Shown: positions 22,412 through 31,287 of the stretch, in pieces
Layout of the letters: the number at the start of each line of letters is the position of its first letter
How positions within the stretch are numbered: the stretch's first letter is position 1
Assembly (NCBI GenBank): GCA_965223205.1
Contig: OZ244990.1
Coordinates: forward strand, 2,864,170-2,928,169
Direction of reading: 5' to 3'
From: Candidatus Eiseniibacteriota bacterium
GTDB taxonomy: Bacteria; Eisenbacteria; RBG-16-71-46; CAVPCR01; CBDCWB01
DNA length: 64,000 nt
Program-made: the position numbers and the translations under genes
Notes under the pieces: generated by a model
What the model was told of the DNA's origin: nothing
Databases searched by the model: none
The model's input: the letters and a program-made list of their open reading frames with translations, nothing else

Positions 22412-23431
22412 TTGGGCGCATTCCTCGACGATGCCAAGCTGCTGGTGACCGGCGGCGCCGGCTTCATCGGTTCAAACTTTGTTCGCCACATCCTTGGCCA
22501 CCATGGCCGGGCGCGCGTCGTGGTTCTGGATGCTCTGACCTACGCCGGCAACATGGATAACCTGGCGGGCTTGGATGCTGAACGCCTGGAGTTTGTGCAC
22601 GGCAACATCTGCGATTTCGACGCGGTTCGCGCCGCCATGCGCGGCTGTAGCGCCGTGGTCAACTTCGCGGCCGAAACCCACGTTGACCGCTCGATTCAGG
22701 ACCCTGGCGGCTTCGTGCAGACCGACGTCTACGGCAGCTTCGTGCTCTTGGAGGTGGCCAAGGAATGTGGCGTCCAGCGGTTCGTGCAAATATCGACCGA
22801 CGAGGTCTACGGCGAGATTCTGGGCGACCCAGTCAAAGAGGATGCGCCCTTGATGCCCCGGAACCCTTACTCGGCGAGCAAGTCGGGGGCCGATCGACTG
22901 GCCTACTCGTACTTTACAACCTACGACTTACCCGTCACGATTACGCGCTGCAGCAACAACTACGGGCCCTACCAGCACGTCGAGAAGCTGTGGCCCTTGT
23001 TTGTGACCAACGCGCTCGAGGACAAACCGCTGCCGGTGTATGGCACCGGGCGCAATCTGCGCGACTGGATCTATGTCGAGGACCACTGTGAAGCCCTGCG
23101 GATGATCCTGAACGCCGATGGCGTGGCTGGCGAGGTGTTCAACATCGGCGCTTCCAACGAGCACTCCAGCCTCGAGATCGGTAAGCTCATCCTGGCGACG
23201 CTGGGCAAGCCGGAGACCCTAATCCAGCACGTGGACGATCGCCCGGGTCACGACCGGCGCTACGCTCTGGATTCCAGCAAGATCACCGCTCAGCTGGGCT
23301 GGATGCCCAACGTTGACTTCAGAGCCGGGGCGGAGCGCACGATCCGCTGGTACTCGGACAACCGCGCGTGGTGGGAGAAGTTGAAGGGTGGGGAATTCAA
23401 GGAGTACTACGAAAAGGCGTACCGCCTGTAG
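22412..23431 (+). CDS. rfbB: dTDP-glucose 4,6-dehydratase
   Basis: TGGAGFIGSNF, HVDRSI, ISTDEVYG, PYSASKSGAD (YxxxK) and RCSNNYGPYQH motifs. TTG start preceded by AGGAGGG. Confidence 0.9.
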   Translation: MGAFLDDAKLLVTGGAGFIGSNFVRHILGHHGRARVVVLDALTYAGNMDNLAGLDAERLEFVHGNICDFDAVRAAMRGCSAVVNFAAETHVDRSIQDPGGFVQTDVYGSFVLLEVAKECGVQRFVQISTDEVYGEILGDPVKEDAPLMPRNPYSASKSGADRLAYSYFTTYDLPVTITRCSNNYGPYQHVEKLWPLFVTNALEDKPLPVYGTGRNLRDWIYVEDHCEALRMILNADGVAGEVFNIGASNEHSSLEIGKLILATLGKPETLIQHVDDRPGHDRRYALDSSKITAQLGWMPNVDFRAGAERTIRWYSDNRAWWEKLKGGEFKEYYEKAYRL

Positions 23432-25001
23432 CGCCTGCAGCGGATTGGCCGCCATGGTGATCGCCGGGGTTTGGAGCCTCGGCGTTTTGCCCGCCGGCCT
23501 GGCTTCACCGGGGGATTGGCGAGGGGACGGCAGAGCCCTGGAGTTACCCCGTGACGTCCGCGAGGCACGCACCTCGGACGCCAGCCCGGACGCCGAAGCC
23601 AATACCTTGGGTCAGCCGGTGGATCCCGCCACCTACCAGGTGGGACCCGGCGACCTCTTGCGCCTGGCGGTAGGCGGCGGCGACCTCGAACCCTACAACC
23701 TGTGGGTGGACGCCGAAGGCGGCTTGGCGTTGCCCGACGGCAGCCGCGTGGATTTGGCCGGGTTGACCTTGACCGAGGCCCGGGCGGCCGTTGCCAAGGC
23801 CTTGGCGCGCGAGTACCGCCGCGTGCAGTTCGACTTGGGCTTAGTCCGCCCCCGCCGCTTCAAGGTCCACGTCGGTGGCGCAGTCGCCCGCCCGGGCAGC
23901 TACCTGGCCAGCCCTTTGACGTTGACCAGCGAGGTGTTGGAGCGGGCCGGCGGCGTACTCGAGGACGGCTCTCAGCGGCGCGTGCGGTTGGTCGGTACGG
24001 ACGGCAGTGAGCGCTACGCTGACTTGGTGGGATTCGCCTTTCTCGCCGACCGGGAGCGCAACCCCGCAGTGCGCGCCGACGACCTCATCCAGGTGCCGGT
24101 CGCCGTCGACTTCGTGGCGGTCTGGGGAGGGGTGGCGCGCCCGGGGCGCTATGAACTTCGAGACGGCGAAACCATCGGCGACCTTGTTGCCTTGGCTGGT
24201 GGGTTGCTGCCCGAGGCCGACGCCACCCGAATCGAGTGGCGGCACGCCGAAGCAGGACGCTTCGGCGCCCCCGGCGTGGTCGCGTTGAGTGCCACCGATT
24301 CCCAGACCTTGGCAGTTGGCGATGCGCTGGTAGTTCCAACGTTCTACGACCGCGGGCGGCTAGCAGCTACCGTCGAAGTCGAAGGCGAGGTGCCAAGTCC
24401 TGGGGTCTATCCGATCCAGCCGGGGGTCGACCGCGCCCGCCAGTTGCTCGAGTGGGCGGGGGGCTTCACCGAGGCAGCGAACGTTCGGGGGGTTCGACTC
24501 CTGCGGGCGCCCGAGGAACTTCAGGCGGTGGACGCCGAAGACGAGGCGTTGCCGATCGCTGGCGAGGCTGCCCGTTTGGCCCGCCGCCGCGGCCGCCAAC
24601 CCGTGGAGGTGGAATGGTCAGAATCCGGTGGTGCCAATCCAACCTTGGCCGATGGCGACTTGCTGGTCGTCCCGCGCCTGAGTGGCAGGGTTTGGGTGGG
24701 CGGCCGGGTCAAACAACCGGGCTGGGTGGCCTACCAACCGGGGCTGGCGGTGAAGGCGGCCATCCAAGCCGCCGGCGGCTTCGATCGGGGCGCCCACCGC
24801 GGTGGCCTGTTGTTGAGTCCGGTCGGGACCACGGGACACCTGGTGAGCGCTGATTCGGAGCGCCTGTTGATCGACGGGGATCGGCTCTGGGTGCCCGAGA
24901 AGGCACCGATTGGCGGGTGGCAAGTGTTTCGGGACGTCGTCTCCGTCGCTGCGCAGCTGGCGACCATCGCCATTATCGTCGACCAGGTGCGCCGTAACTG
25001 A
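23388..25001 (+). CDS. Polysaccharide biosynthesis/export protein (Wza-like, SLBB-type beta-grasp domains)
   Basis: Signal peptide; repeated 'PG.Y.L..G.T..D....AGG' soluble-ligand-binding beta-grasp modules of outer-membrane polysaccharide export proteins. GTG start at 23388 overlaps rfbB; an in-frame ATG at 23454 is an alternative. Confidence 0.7.
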   Translation: MGNSRSTTKRRTACSACSGLAAMVIAGVWSLGVLPAGLASPGDWRGDGRALELPRDVREARTSDASPDAEANTLGQPVDPATYQVGPGDLLRLAVGGGDLEPYNLWVDAEGGLALPDGSRVDLAGLTLTEARAAVAKALAREYRRVQFDLGLVRPRRFKVHVGGAVARPGSYLASPLTLTSEVLERAGGVLEDGSQRRVRLVGTDGSERYADLVGFAFLADRERNPAVRADDLIQVPVAVDFVAVWGGVARPGRYELRDGETIGDLVALAGGLLPEADATRIEWRHAEAGRFGAPGVVALSATDSQTLAVGDALVVPTFYDRGRLAATVEVEGEVPSPGVYPIQPGVDRARQLLEWAGGFTEAANVRGVRLLRAPEELQAVDAEDEALPIAGEAARLARRRGRQPVEVEWSESGGANPTLADGDLLVVPRLSGRVWVGGRVKQPGWVAYQPGLAVKAAIQAAGGFDRGAHRGGLLLSPVGTTGHLVSADSERLLIDGDRLWVPEKAPIGGWQVFRDVVSVAAQLATIAIIVDQVRRN

Positions 25002-25239
25002 CAGCCGTGCTGGGGGATTTCACCCGGTGCGGCACCGGCGAACCCGCGGCTGGGGGCTGGCCTTGGCTGAGATCCGGGATCTGCCGATGACCCCGAGAGC
25101 ATTCAGGGAGATGAACGACCGGCCGCGCTGTACGACAGAAGGTCGTCGGCGCCCCAGCCGGCCCCGCGCCGTTCGGCCAAGTTGTCGTACCGGGCGCACT
25201 TACGGGACTGCTTCGGGCGTGGAGTGGGGCACACAAGGC

Positions 25240-25268
25240 TTGACACTGTATCGGCCTTACCGTATCGT
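25240..25268 (+). promoter_or_regulatory. Candidate promoter (-35 TTGACA, 17-nt spacer, -10 TATCGT) in the 390-bp gap upstream of the epimerase gene
   Basis: Perfect -35 hexamer and a weak -10 in an otherwise GC-rich intergenic region that becomes AT-richer toward the gene. Confidence 0.25.
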
Positions 25269-25391
25269 ACTCGCCATTCGCCCGGTTTTAAGCTGCAAGT
25301 TGTTGTTATTCTTAGAGTTGGCTGATGCACAGCGAGGGAATCGGGTTGTGGAGTGCCGGTGTGATCAGAGGCAGCTCGGGGAGGATCGAGC

Positions 25392-26426
25392 TTGATGCGT
25401 GACTTGGTGACGGGAGGCGCGGGGTTCATCGGCTCCCACCTCGTCGAGGCTTTGCTCAACAAGGGTGACGAGGTCCTGGTCATTGACGACCTATCCACCG
25501 GCAGCCTCAGGAATCTGCGGCATCTGTCTGGGCACCCGCGGCTGATCTTTCTGGAAGATTCAGTCCTCAACCGGCCGGTGGTCGAACGCCTGGTATCCCA
25601 GGTGGACCGCGTCTTTCATCTGGCGGCGGCGGTTGGCGTGCAGTATGTCGTCGAAAATCCGCTCGAGGCACTGCGGACCAACATCCACGGCGCTGAGTAT
25701 GTCCTCGAGGCAGCCAAGCGCGACCAGAAGCCGGTCGTTATGTTCTCGACCTCCGAGGTCTATGGCAAGTCAGACGACGTGCCGTTTCGGGAAGATTCCG
25801 ACCGCGTCATGGGCTCGACCGCCATCTCCCGTTGGGGTTACGCCAGCTCGAAGGCGGTCGACGAATTCCTGGCGCTGGCCTATCATCGGGCTCACGAGTT
25901 ACCGGTTGTCATTGTGCGGTGCTTCAACACGTGTGGGCCGCGCCAATCGGGGCGCTATGGAATGGTCGTACCACGCTTCGTGCAGAACGCCATCCAAAAC
26001 CGTCCCATCCAGGTCTACGGCACTGGCGACCAAACCCGGTGCTTCTCGTTCGTCGGTGATGTGGTGCGCGGCGTCGTCTTGTTGGCCGACACTGATGCTG
26101 CCTACGGTGAAGTTTTCAACATCGGCACGGACGAAGAAGTGTCGATTCGAACGCTGGCAGAACGGGTGAAAGCACGGGTGGGTTCGTCCTCACCGATCGT
26201 CTCGATGCCCTACGAAGAGGTCTACGGGACGAGCTTCGAAGACATGCAGCGGCGCGTGCCGGACCTCAACAAGATTCGCCGGTTCGTCGGCTACCAACCC
26301 GAGGTCAGGCTGGACGAACTCCTCGAGATGACCATCGAATCGGTGCGGGCGGAACTCGCCGAAGGCGAGAGCACGCCACCCACCGATCGCCTGCTGTCGA
26401 GCGCCGTGCCGCCGGCTAGCTCCTAG
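25392..26426 (+). CDS. NAD-dependent epimerase/dehydratase (UDP-glucuronate decarboxylase / ArnA-C-terminal-like short-chain dehydrogenase)
   Basis: VTGGAGFIGSHLV Rossmann motif, STSEVYG, YASSKAVDE (YxxxK) and RCFNTCGPRQ motifs. Co-located with ugd. Confidence 0.85.
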   Translation: MMRDLVTGGAGFIGSHLVEALLNKGDEVLVIDDLSTGSLRNLRHLSGHPRLIFLEDSVLNRPVVERLVSQVDRVFHLAAAVGVQYVVENPLEALRTNIHGAEYVLEAAKRDQKPVVMFSTSEVYGKSDDVPFREDSDRVMGSTAISRWGYASSKAVDEFLALAYHRAHELPVVIVRCFNTCGPRQSGRYGMVVPRFVQNAIQNRPIQVYGTGDQTRCFSFVGDVVRGVVLLADTDAAYGEVFNIGTDEEVSIRTLAERVKARVGSSSPIVSMPYEEVYGTSFEDMQRRVPDLNKIRRFVGYQPEVRLDELLEMTIESVRAELAEGESTPPTDRLLSSAVPPASS

Positions 26427-26435
26427 TTCTCCTGC

Positions 26436-27407
26436 ATGCACAGTGGTGTCGTGGCGTTTGCCATTGCCTTGGCAACCGTCGCCGTTGCCACGCCTGGCGT
26501 TCGCCGCCTTGCCATCCGCCTGAACCTGGTGGACCAACCCTCCGCCCGCCGCTTCCACCAAGCCGCCGTGCCGCTGGCTGGCGGCGTGGCCATCCTCCTG
26601 GGATGGTGGTTGGGGGCGGGTTGGGTCCACCGGCAAATAGCCGTCCCCGAGTTTCAACCCTTCTGGATAGGTAGTCTTGGGGCACTGCTTCTCGGGTTGG
26701 TCGACGACGCGCGCGGCTTGCCGCCGCTGGTCAAGCTGGCTGGACAGGTGGCGCTGGCGGTGTTTCTGGTCGGTGCCGTCGGCCCCAATGGCTTGGGCTG
26801 GGCCGTCGTCGCCGGCGTTTGGGTGGTGGGGCTCATGAACGCATGCAACTTCCTGGACAACATGGACGGCATCTTGGCTGGTAGCTCGTGCCTGTCGGCT
26901 CTGGCCTTTTGGGTAGTTCTGGCGCCAGCGCCGGTCGCCGCACTGGCGGCAGCGACGACCGGCGCGTGTTTGGGCTTTTTGTTCTTCAACTTCGCACCGG
27001 CGCGCGTGTTCATGGGTGATGCCGGTTCACTGGCACTGGGTTACCTGCTGGGTGGGCTGTCGCTGTTGATAGCTACCCGGGCACCGGCGGGGCCGGCATG
27101 GGTGGCGGTCGCCCTGGCGCTTTGCTACCCATTGTTCGACCTGATCTTTGTCACCTGGACCCGGATCCGCGACGGTCGCAAGTTCTACCTGGGGGGGCGC
27201 GACCACACCTCCCACCGGCTGAACTCCCTGGTTGCGAGCCCGCACCGCACGGCGCTGGGGGTCTACGCCCTCGCCGCGGCGGGAGCGATGGCGGCGGTCG
27301 TGGTCGACGGGTCGTCGTCGCCGACTGTGGCAATTGTCTTGGCTGTCGCCGCGACACTGATGCTGGCGTGGGTGGGCGTCAGGTTGGCGCGCGTGCCCAT
27401 CCGTTAG
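26436..27407 (+). CDS. Undecaprenyl-phosphate sugar-1-phosphate transferase (MraY/WecA family, GT4 polyprenyl-phosphate transferase)
   Basis: About 10 TM segments and the NACNFLDNMDGILAG signature (NxxNxxDGxDGL) of the MraY/WecA family. Confidence 0.8.
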   Translation: MHSGVVAFAIALATVAVATPGVRRLAIRLNLVDQPSARRFHQAAVPLAGGVAILLGWWLGAGWVHRQIAVPEFQPFWIGSLGALLLGLVDDARGLPPLVKLAGQVALAVFLVGAVGPNGLGWAVVAGVWVVGLMNACNFLDNMDGILAGSSCLSALAFWVVLAPAPVAALAAATTGACLGFLFFNFAPARVFMGDAGSLALGYLLGGLSLLIATRAPAGPAWVAVALALCYPLFDLIFVTWTRIRDGRKFYLGGRDHTSHRLNSLVASPHRTALGVYALAAAGAMAAVVVDGSSSPTVAIVLAVAATLMLAWVGVRLARVPIR

Positions 27408-27508
27408 GCCGCTTGTGTTGAGCGCTCGGCGCTCCACGTGGTAGGATTCCACCTCACTCTACACTGCCAATCCCGCCTCCTTGACAACGCCCAGCCCCGC
27501 GGACAGGT

Positions 27509-28696
27509 ATGTCCCTACGACCTGAGCCTATCCCGAGCCGCGCTCATGTGGTCGCCCCAGATGTGAAGGCGGCCGAGCCGGTGTTTGCCGACTACTGCTA
27601 TGGCGTTGCTCGGCGCGCGCGGCGGATTCTGGCGATGGCGGCGCTCGCCGGCGTGGCAGCGGCCGTCTTTGCGTTGTTGCACCCCAGTTGGTATGCCGCG
27701 CGTTGCACCTTCCTGCCATCCCGGGGCGAAAGCCGTGGGCCGAACGTCACCATGTTGTTGAATCGGGTGCTGGGTGGCGGTGCCGGCCTGACTGACGCCG
27801 TCCAAGCGGGTGACCTCACCGTCGTCATCATGCGCAGCGAGTATGTGCGCCAGCAACTAGTCGAAGAGTTCGACCTGGTCGAGCGCTACGAGGCCAAAAC
27901 GGCGCGCGGCGCCGCAGCCCAGCTCCTCGACCGCATGCGCTTCTTCGTCGGCCAAGAGGGCCTGGTGACGGTCTGGGTCGAAGACCGTGATCCAGAACTA
28001 GCTGCCCAGTTGGCCAACCGCACGGTCGCACTGTTGGATCGTTTCAACGCCGAGCGGCGCATGACCGATGGGCGGCGTACGCGGTTGTTTGTGGAGCGCG
28101 AGCTGGCCAAGGTGTCGGCCAACCTGGCGGCAGCCGAAGACTCGTTGCAGACCTATGTGGCGGCGGCCAAGAGCGTGCCGATGGCCTTCGACTCTGAGGC
28201 GATGGCGGCGCAGAGCCTGCTCATCAGCCGCAGGATGGAGCTGGAGATTCAACTCGACATGGAGCGCGAGGTGAAGTCCGATCGCGCCGAGTCGGTGCGC
28301 CTCCTGCAGTCCGAGCTCGACAAGATCAACGAGGCGCTCGGTGAATTGCCAGAAGTGAGTCTCGAGTACGCCAGGCTGCTGCGCGAGGTCAGCGTTCAAG
28401 AGAATCTCTACGAACTTTTGCGGGCCAACTACGAAGAGGCCAAGGTCCGCGAAGCCGAGGACACCCAGTCGATTAGTGTGGTCGACCAGGCCCAGCCGCC
28501 TACCGTGCGCTCCCGACCGCGCCGTAAGCTAATGGTGGCATCGGCTGCCGGAGCCGCCGGGTTTCTCGCTTTGCTGTGGGCGTTGATTGCCACCTACTTC
28601 GAGCTGCTGCCGCCGGGGAGTCGCCACCAGCGCCTGTTCGCCGCCACAGGTCACGAGTTGCGTCGCCTGCTGCGTTGGCCGAGGCGGGCCGACTGA
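27509..28696 (+). CDS. Polysaccharide co-polymerase (Wzz/GumC-like chain-length determinant)
   Basis: Two TM helices (MAALAGVAAAVFALL and AAGAAGFLALLWALIATYF) flanking a long coiled-coil periplasmic region. Stop overlaps the serS ATG. Confidence 0.65.
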   Translation: MSLRPEPIPSRAHVVAPDVKAAEPVFADYCYGVARRARRILAMAALAGVAAAVFALLHPSWYAARCTFLPSRGESRGPNVTMLLNRVLGGGAGLTDAVQAGDLTVVIMRSEYVRQQLVEEFDLVERYEAKTARGAAAQLLDRMRFFVGQEGLVTVWVEDRDPELAAQLANRTVALLDRFNAERRMTDGRRTRLFVERELAKVSANLAAAEDSLQTYVAAAKSVPMAFDSEAMAAQSLLISRRMELEIQLDMEREVKSDRAESVRLLQSELDKINEALGELPEVSLEYARLLREVSVQENLYELLRANYEEAKVREAEDTQSISVVDQAQPPTVRSRPRRKLMVASAAGAAGFLALLWALIATYFELLPPGSRHQRLFAATGHELRRLLRWPRRAD

Positions 28697-29994
28697 TGCT
28701 CGACCTGCGGGCTTTGCGAGCCGACCCCGATGGCTGGCGCGGTGATCTGGAGCGCAAGGGCGGGCGAGACGCGGCCGAGCGCTTGGATCGGATTCTTAGC
28801 GCCGATGAACGGCGCCGGCAGCTCTTGGTCGAAGTCGAGGCGTTGAAGCGCCAGCGAAACGAGACCTCCAAAGAAATTGGTCGCCGGCGCGCTCTGGGCG
28901 ACGGCGCCGCGCCAGAGATGGCGGCGATGAAGGAAGTGGCAGCGTCGATCAAGGCGCTCGATCAAGAACTCAAAGGTGTCGAACTCGAGGTCCAGGACGA
29001 ACTGGCCTGGTTGCCCAACCGCCCCCACCCGGAGGTGCCGGATGGGACCGACGACAGCGCCAACGTCGTGTGCTCGACGAAGGGCGCGCCCCCGAAGTTT
29101 GACTTCGAGCCGCGCAATCACCTGGAGCTGGGGGCAACCCTCGACATGTTCGACTTCGAGGCGGCGGCGGCCCTGTCGGGGGCTGGCTTTGCCGTTTTTC
29201 GAGGCGCCGGGGCGCGCCTGGTGCGCGGGCTCATTCAGTGGATGATCGATCTCCACGTCGGCCAGCACGGTTACACCGAGGTGTGGACGCCGGCGGTCGT
29301 GCGCGAACACGCCTTGTTTGGCACCGGGCAACTGCCCAAGCTCAAAGAGGACATGTACGAGCTGAGCCGCGACGAGGGGTTCTTGATCCCCACCGCTGAG
29401 GTGACCATCACCGGCCTGGCGGCCGATCGGACCTATCCTGAGGCTGATCTGACCACCAAGCTGGTGGGCTACACGCCGTGTTTCCGCCGCGAGGCCGGTG
29501 CTGCCGGCCGCCTAACGCGCGGGCTCCTGCGACTTCACCAGTTCGACAAGGTGGAGCTGGTGCGGATCGCTCACCCCGAGCGTTCCTGGGACGACCACGC
29601 CGAACTGTTGGGCGAGGTCGCCGCTGTGTTGGATCAGCTGGGCTTGCACTACCGCACGACCGAGTTGTGCACGGGCGACTTGAGCTTTGCTGCGGCTCGT
29701 TGTTTCGACCTGGAGGTCTGGGCGCCGGGCGAGAGGCGTTGGCTCGAGGTGTCCTCCTGCTCGAACTATCTCGACTTTCAGGCGCGGCGTTTGGGCACCC
29801 GTATGGCTCCAGCCGATGGCGGCAAGTCGGTCCTCGCCCATACCCTGAACGCCTCGGGGCTGGCCTTGCCCCGTCTGATCGTCGCCCTCTTGGAGACCTA
29901 TCAAACAGCGAGTGGCGCGGTGACCTTGCCCGAAGTGTTGCGCCCCTACATGGCCGGGCTGGACCAACTCCAACCACGCGTCGGCGCCGTCTGA
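28696..29994 (+). CDS. serS: Seryl-tRNA synthetase
   Basis: N-terminal coiled-coil arm (MLDLRALRADPD...), class II aaRS motifs (GYTPCFRREAG; TTELCTGDLSFAAARCFDLEVWAP). The ORF-track start at 28576 is an in-frame extension. Confidence 0.92.
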   Translation: MLDLRALRADPDGWRGDLERKGGRDAAERLDRILSADERRRQLLVEVEALKRQRNETSKEIGRRRALGDGAAPEMAAMKEVAASIKALDQELKGVELEVQDELAWLPNRPHPEVPDGTDDSANVVCSTKGAPPKFDFEPRNHLELGATLDMFDFEAAAALSGAGFAVFRGAGARLVRGLIQWMIDLHVGQHGYTEVWTPAVVREHALFGTGQLPKLKEDMYELSRDEGFLIPTAEVTITGLAADRTYPEADLTTKLVGYTPCFRREAGAAGRLTRGLLRLHQFDKVELVRIAHPERSWDDHAELLGEVAAVLDQLGLHYRTTELCTGDLSFAAARCFDLEVWAPGERRWLEVSSCSNYLDFQARRLGTRMAPADGGKSVLAHTLNASGLALPRLIVALLETYQTASGAVTLPEVLRPYMAGLDQLQPRVGAV

Positions 29995-30003
29995 GACTGA
30001 CGG

Positions 30004-31275
30004 ATGGCGTCGCCGTCCACGACCGCCCAGCACGCGACGCCGCCCTGGCTGCGCGGCTACGTATTCGTCGGTGCCGGGCTCCTGGTTGCCGGCTTGTTTC
30101 TCTACACCCATAACGTGGCGCTGCGGCTCGAGCGGCAGGCAAGAACTTCGACGCGGGTGCTAGCCGACTTCTTCGCCACCGTCACCCTGCAGGCGATTGA
30201 GTCAGAGCCGGTGCACCGCGTGTTCCGTGACGTGCTGGATCGGGTGGATTTTCCGGTGGTGGTGACCGATGCCGAGGGCCGCCCCATCGCCTGGCGGCGG
30301 GTCGACGTCGACCCCAACGCTGTCTCGGTCCAAGAGCAGATGGCCTTCGACCCCACGAGCCCGCCGGTCGACGGACCGCTGGCCGAGTTGCACGGGGTGA
30401 TTCAGGCAATGGACAGCGAGAACCCGCCGGTGCCGATGATCCACCCGCAGTTGCAACGCAAGATGGGCGAGGTGCACTTCGGGGAGTCGCGCCTGGTGCG
30501 GGAACTGCGGTGGGTGCCGGTGGTGGAACTGTTCGCCTTTTTTCTTTTCATTGCTCTGGGCTACTTGGGCTTCCGCAGCGCCCGCGTCGCCGAGCAACGT
30601 TACATCTGGGTGGGCATGGCCAAGGAGACCGCTCACCAGTTGGGGACGCCGACCTCCTCGCTGCTCGGCTGGCTCGAGATGCTCCGCTTGCGCGGCGACA
30701 GTGGCGCCGCCGCTGGAACCGTCAGCCTGGAACGGCGGTTCTTCGAGGAGACCGTCGCCGAAATGTCCTCGGACATCGACCGGTTGGGCAAGGTGGCGGC
30801 GCGCTTTTCACAAGTCGGATCGACGCCGCAAAAGAAACTTCAACCGCTAACGCCAGTCGTCGAAGCAACAGTGCGGTACGTTCGCCGCCGGGCCGGCGCC
30901 GGCACCGAGATTCGGGAGCGCTATGCTCAATCACCGCCGGTCGCAATCAACGCCCAACTCATCGAGTGGGTGATCGAAAACGTTCTAAAAAACGCGCTGG
31001 ACGCCAGCTCTGGCGGCGGCCAGATTCTCGTCGAGGTGTTCCCGCACTTGGACGGGGAGGCAATCGAAGTCGACATCTCTGATCAGGGGGCTGGCATGGA
31101 CGCCGCCCAGCAGCGCCGGGCCTTCGCCCCGGGTTTCTCCACCAAACAGCGCGGCTGGGGACTCGGGCTGTCGCTTGCGAAGCGCATCATCGAGGAATAT
31201 CATGGCGGGCGCATTTGGATAAAGCGCAGCCGCTTGGGGGAAGGCACGACTATCGCCATGTCGTTGCCTTGCTAG
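30004..31275 (+). CDS. Membrane sensor histidine kinase (PorY-like)
   Basis: Two TM helices around a periplasmic segment, H-box AHQLGTPTSSLLGWLEML, HATPase_c G-boxes (DQGAGMD; GWGLGLSLAKRIIEEYHG). Confidence 0.85.
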   Translation: MASPSTTAQHATPPWLRGYVFVGAGLLVAGLFLYTHNVALRLERQARTSTRVLADFFATVTLQAIESEPVHRVFRDVLDRVDFPVVVTDAEGRPIAWRRVDVDPNAVSVQEQMAFDPTSPPVDGPLAELHGVIQAMDSENPPVPMIHPQLQRKMGEVHFGESRLVRELRWVPVVELFAFFLFIALGYLGFRSARVAEQRYIWVGMAKETAHQLGTPTSSLLGWLEMLRLRGDSGAAAGTVSLERRFFEETVAEMSSDIDRLGKVAARFSQVGSTPQKKLQPLTPVVEATVRYVRRRAGAGTEIRERYAQSPPVAINAQLIEWVIENVLKNALDASSGGGQILVEVFPHLDGEAIEVDISDQGAGMDAAQQRRAFAPGFSTKQRGWGLGLSLAKRIIEEYHGGRIWIKRSRLGEGTTIAMSLPC

Positions 31276-31287
31276 GACGGAGCCAAC

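Noticed and set aside
27481-27512. TTGACA hexamer 28 nt upstream of the wzz-like start as a promoter
   Set aside because: Any -10 element at proper spacing would place the transcription start at or inside the start codon; could only work for a leaderless transcript, so not called.
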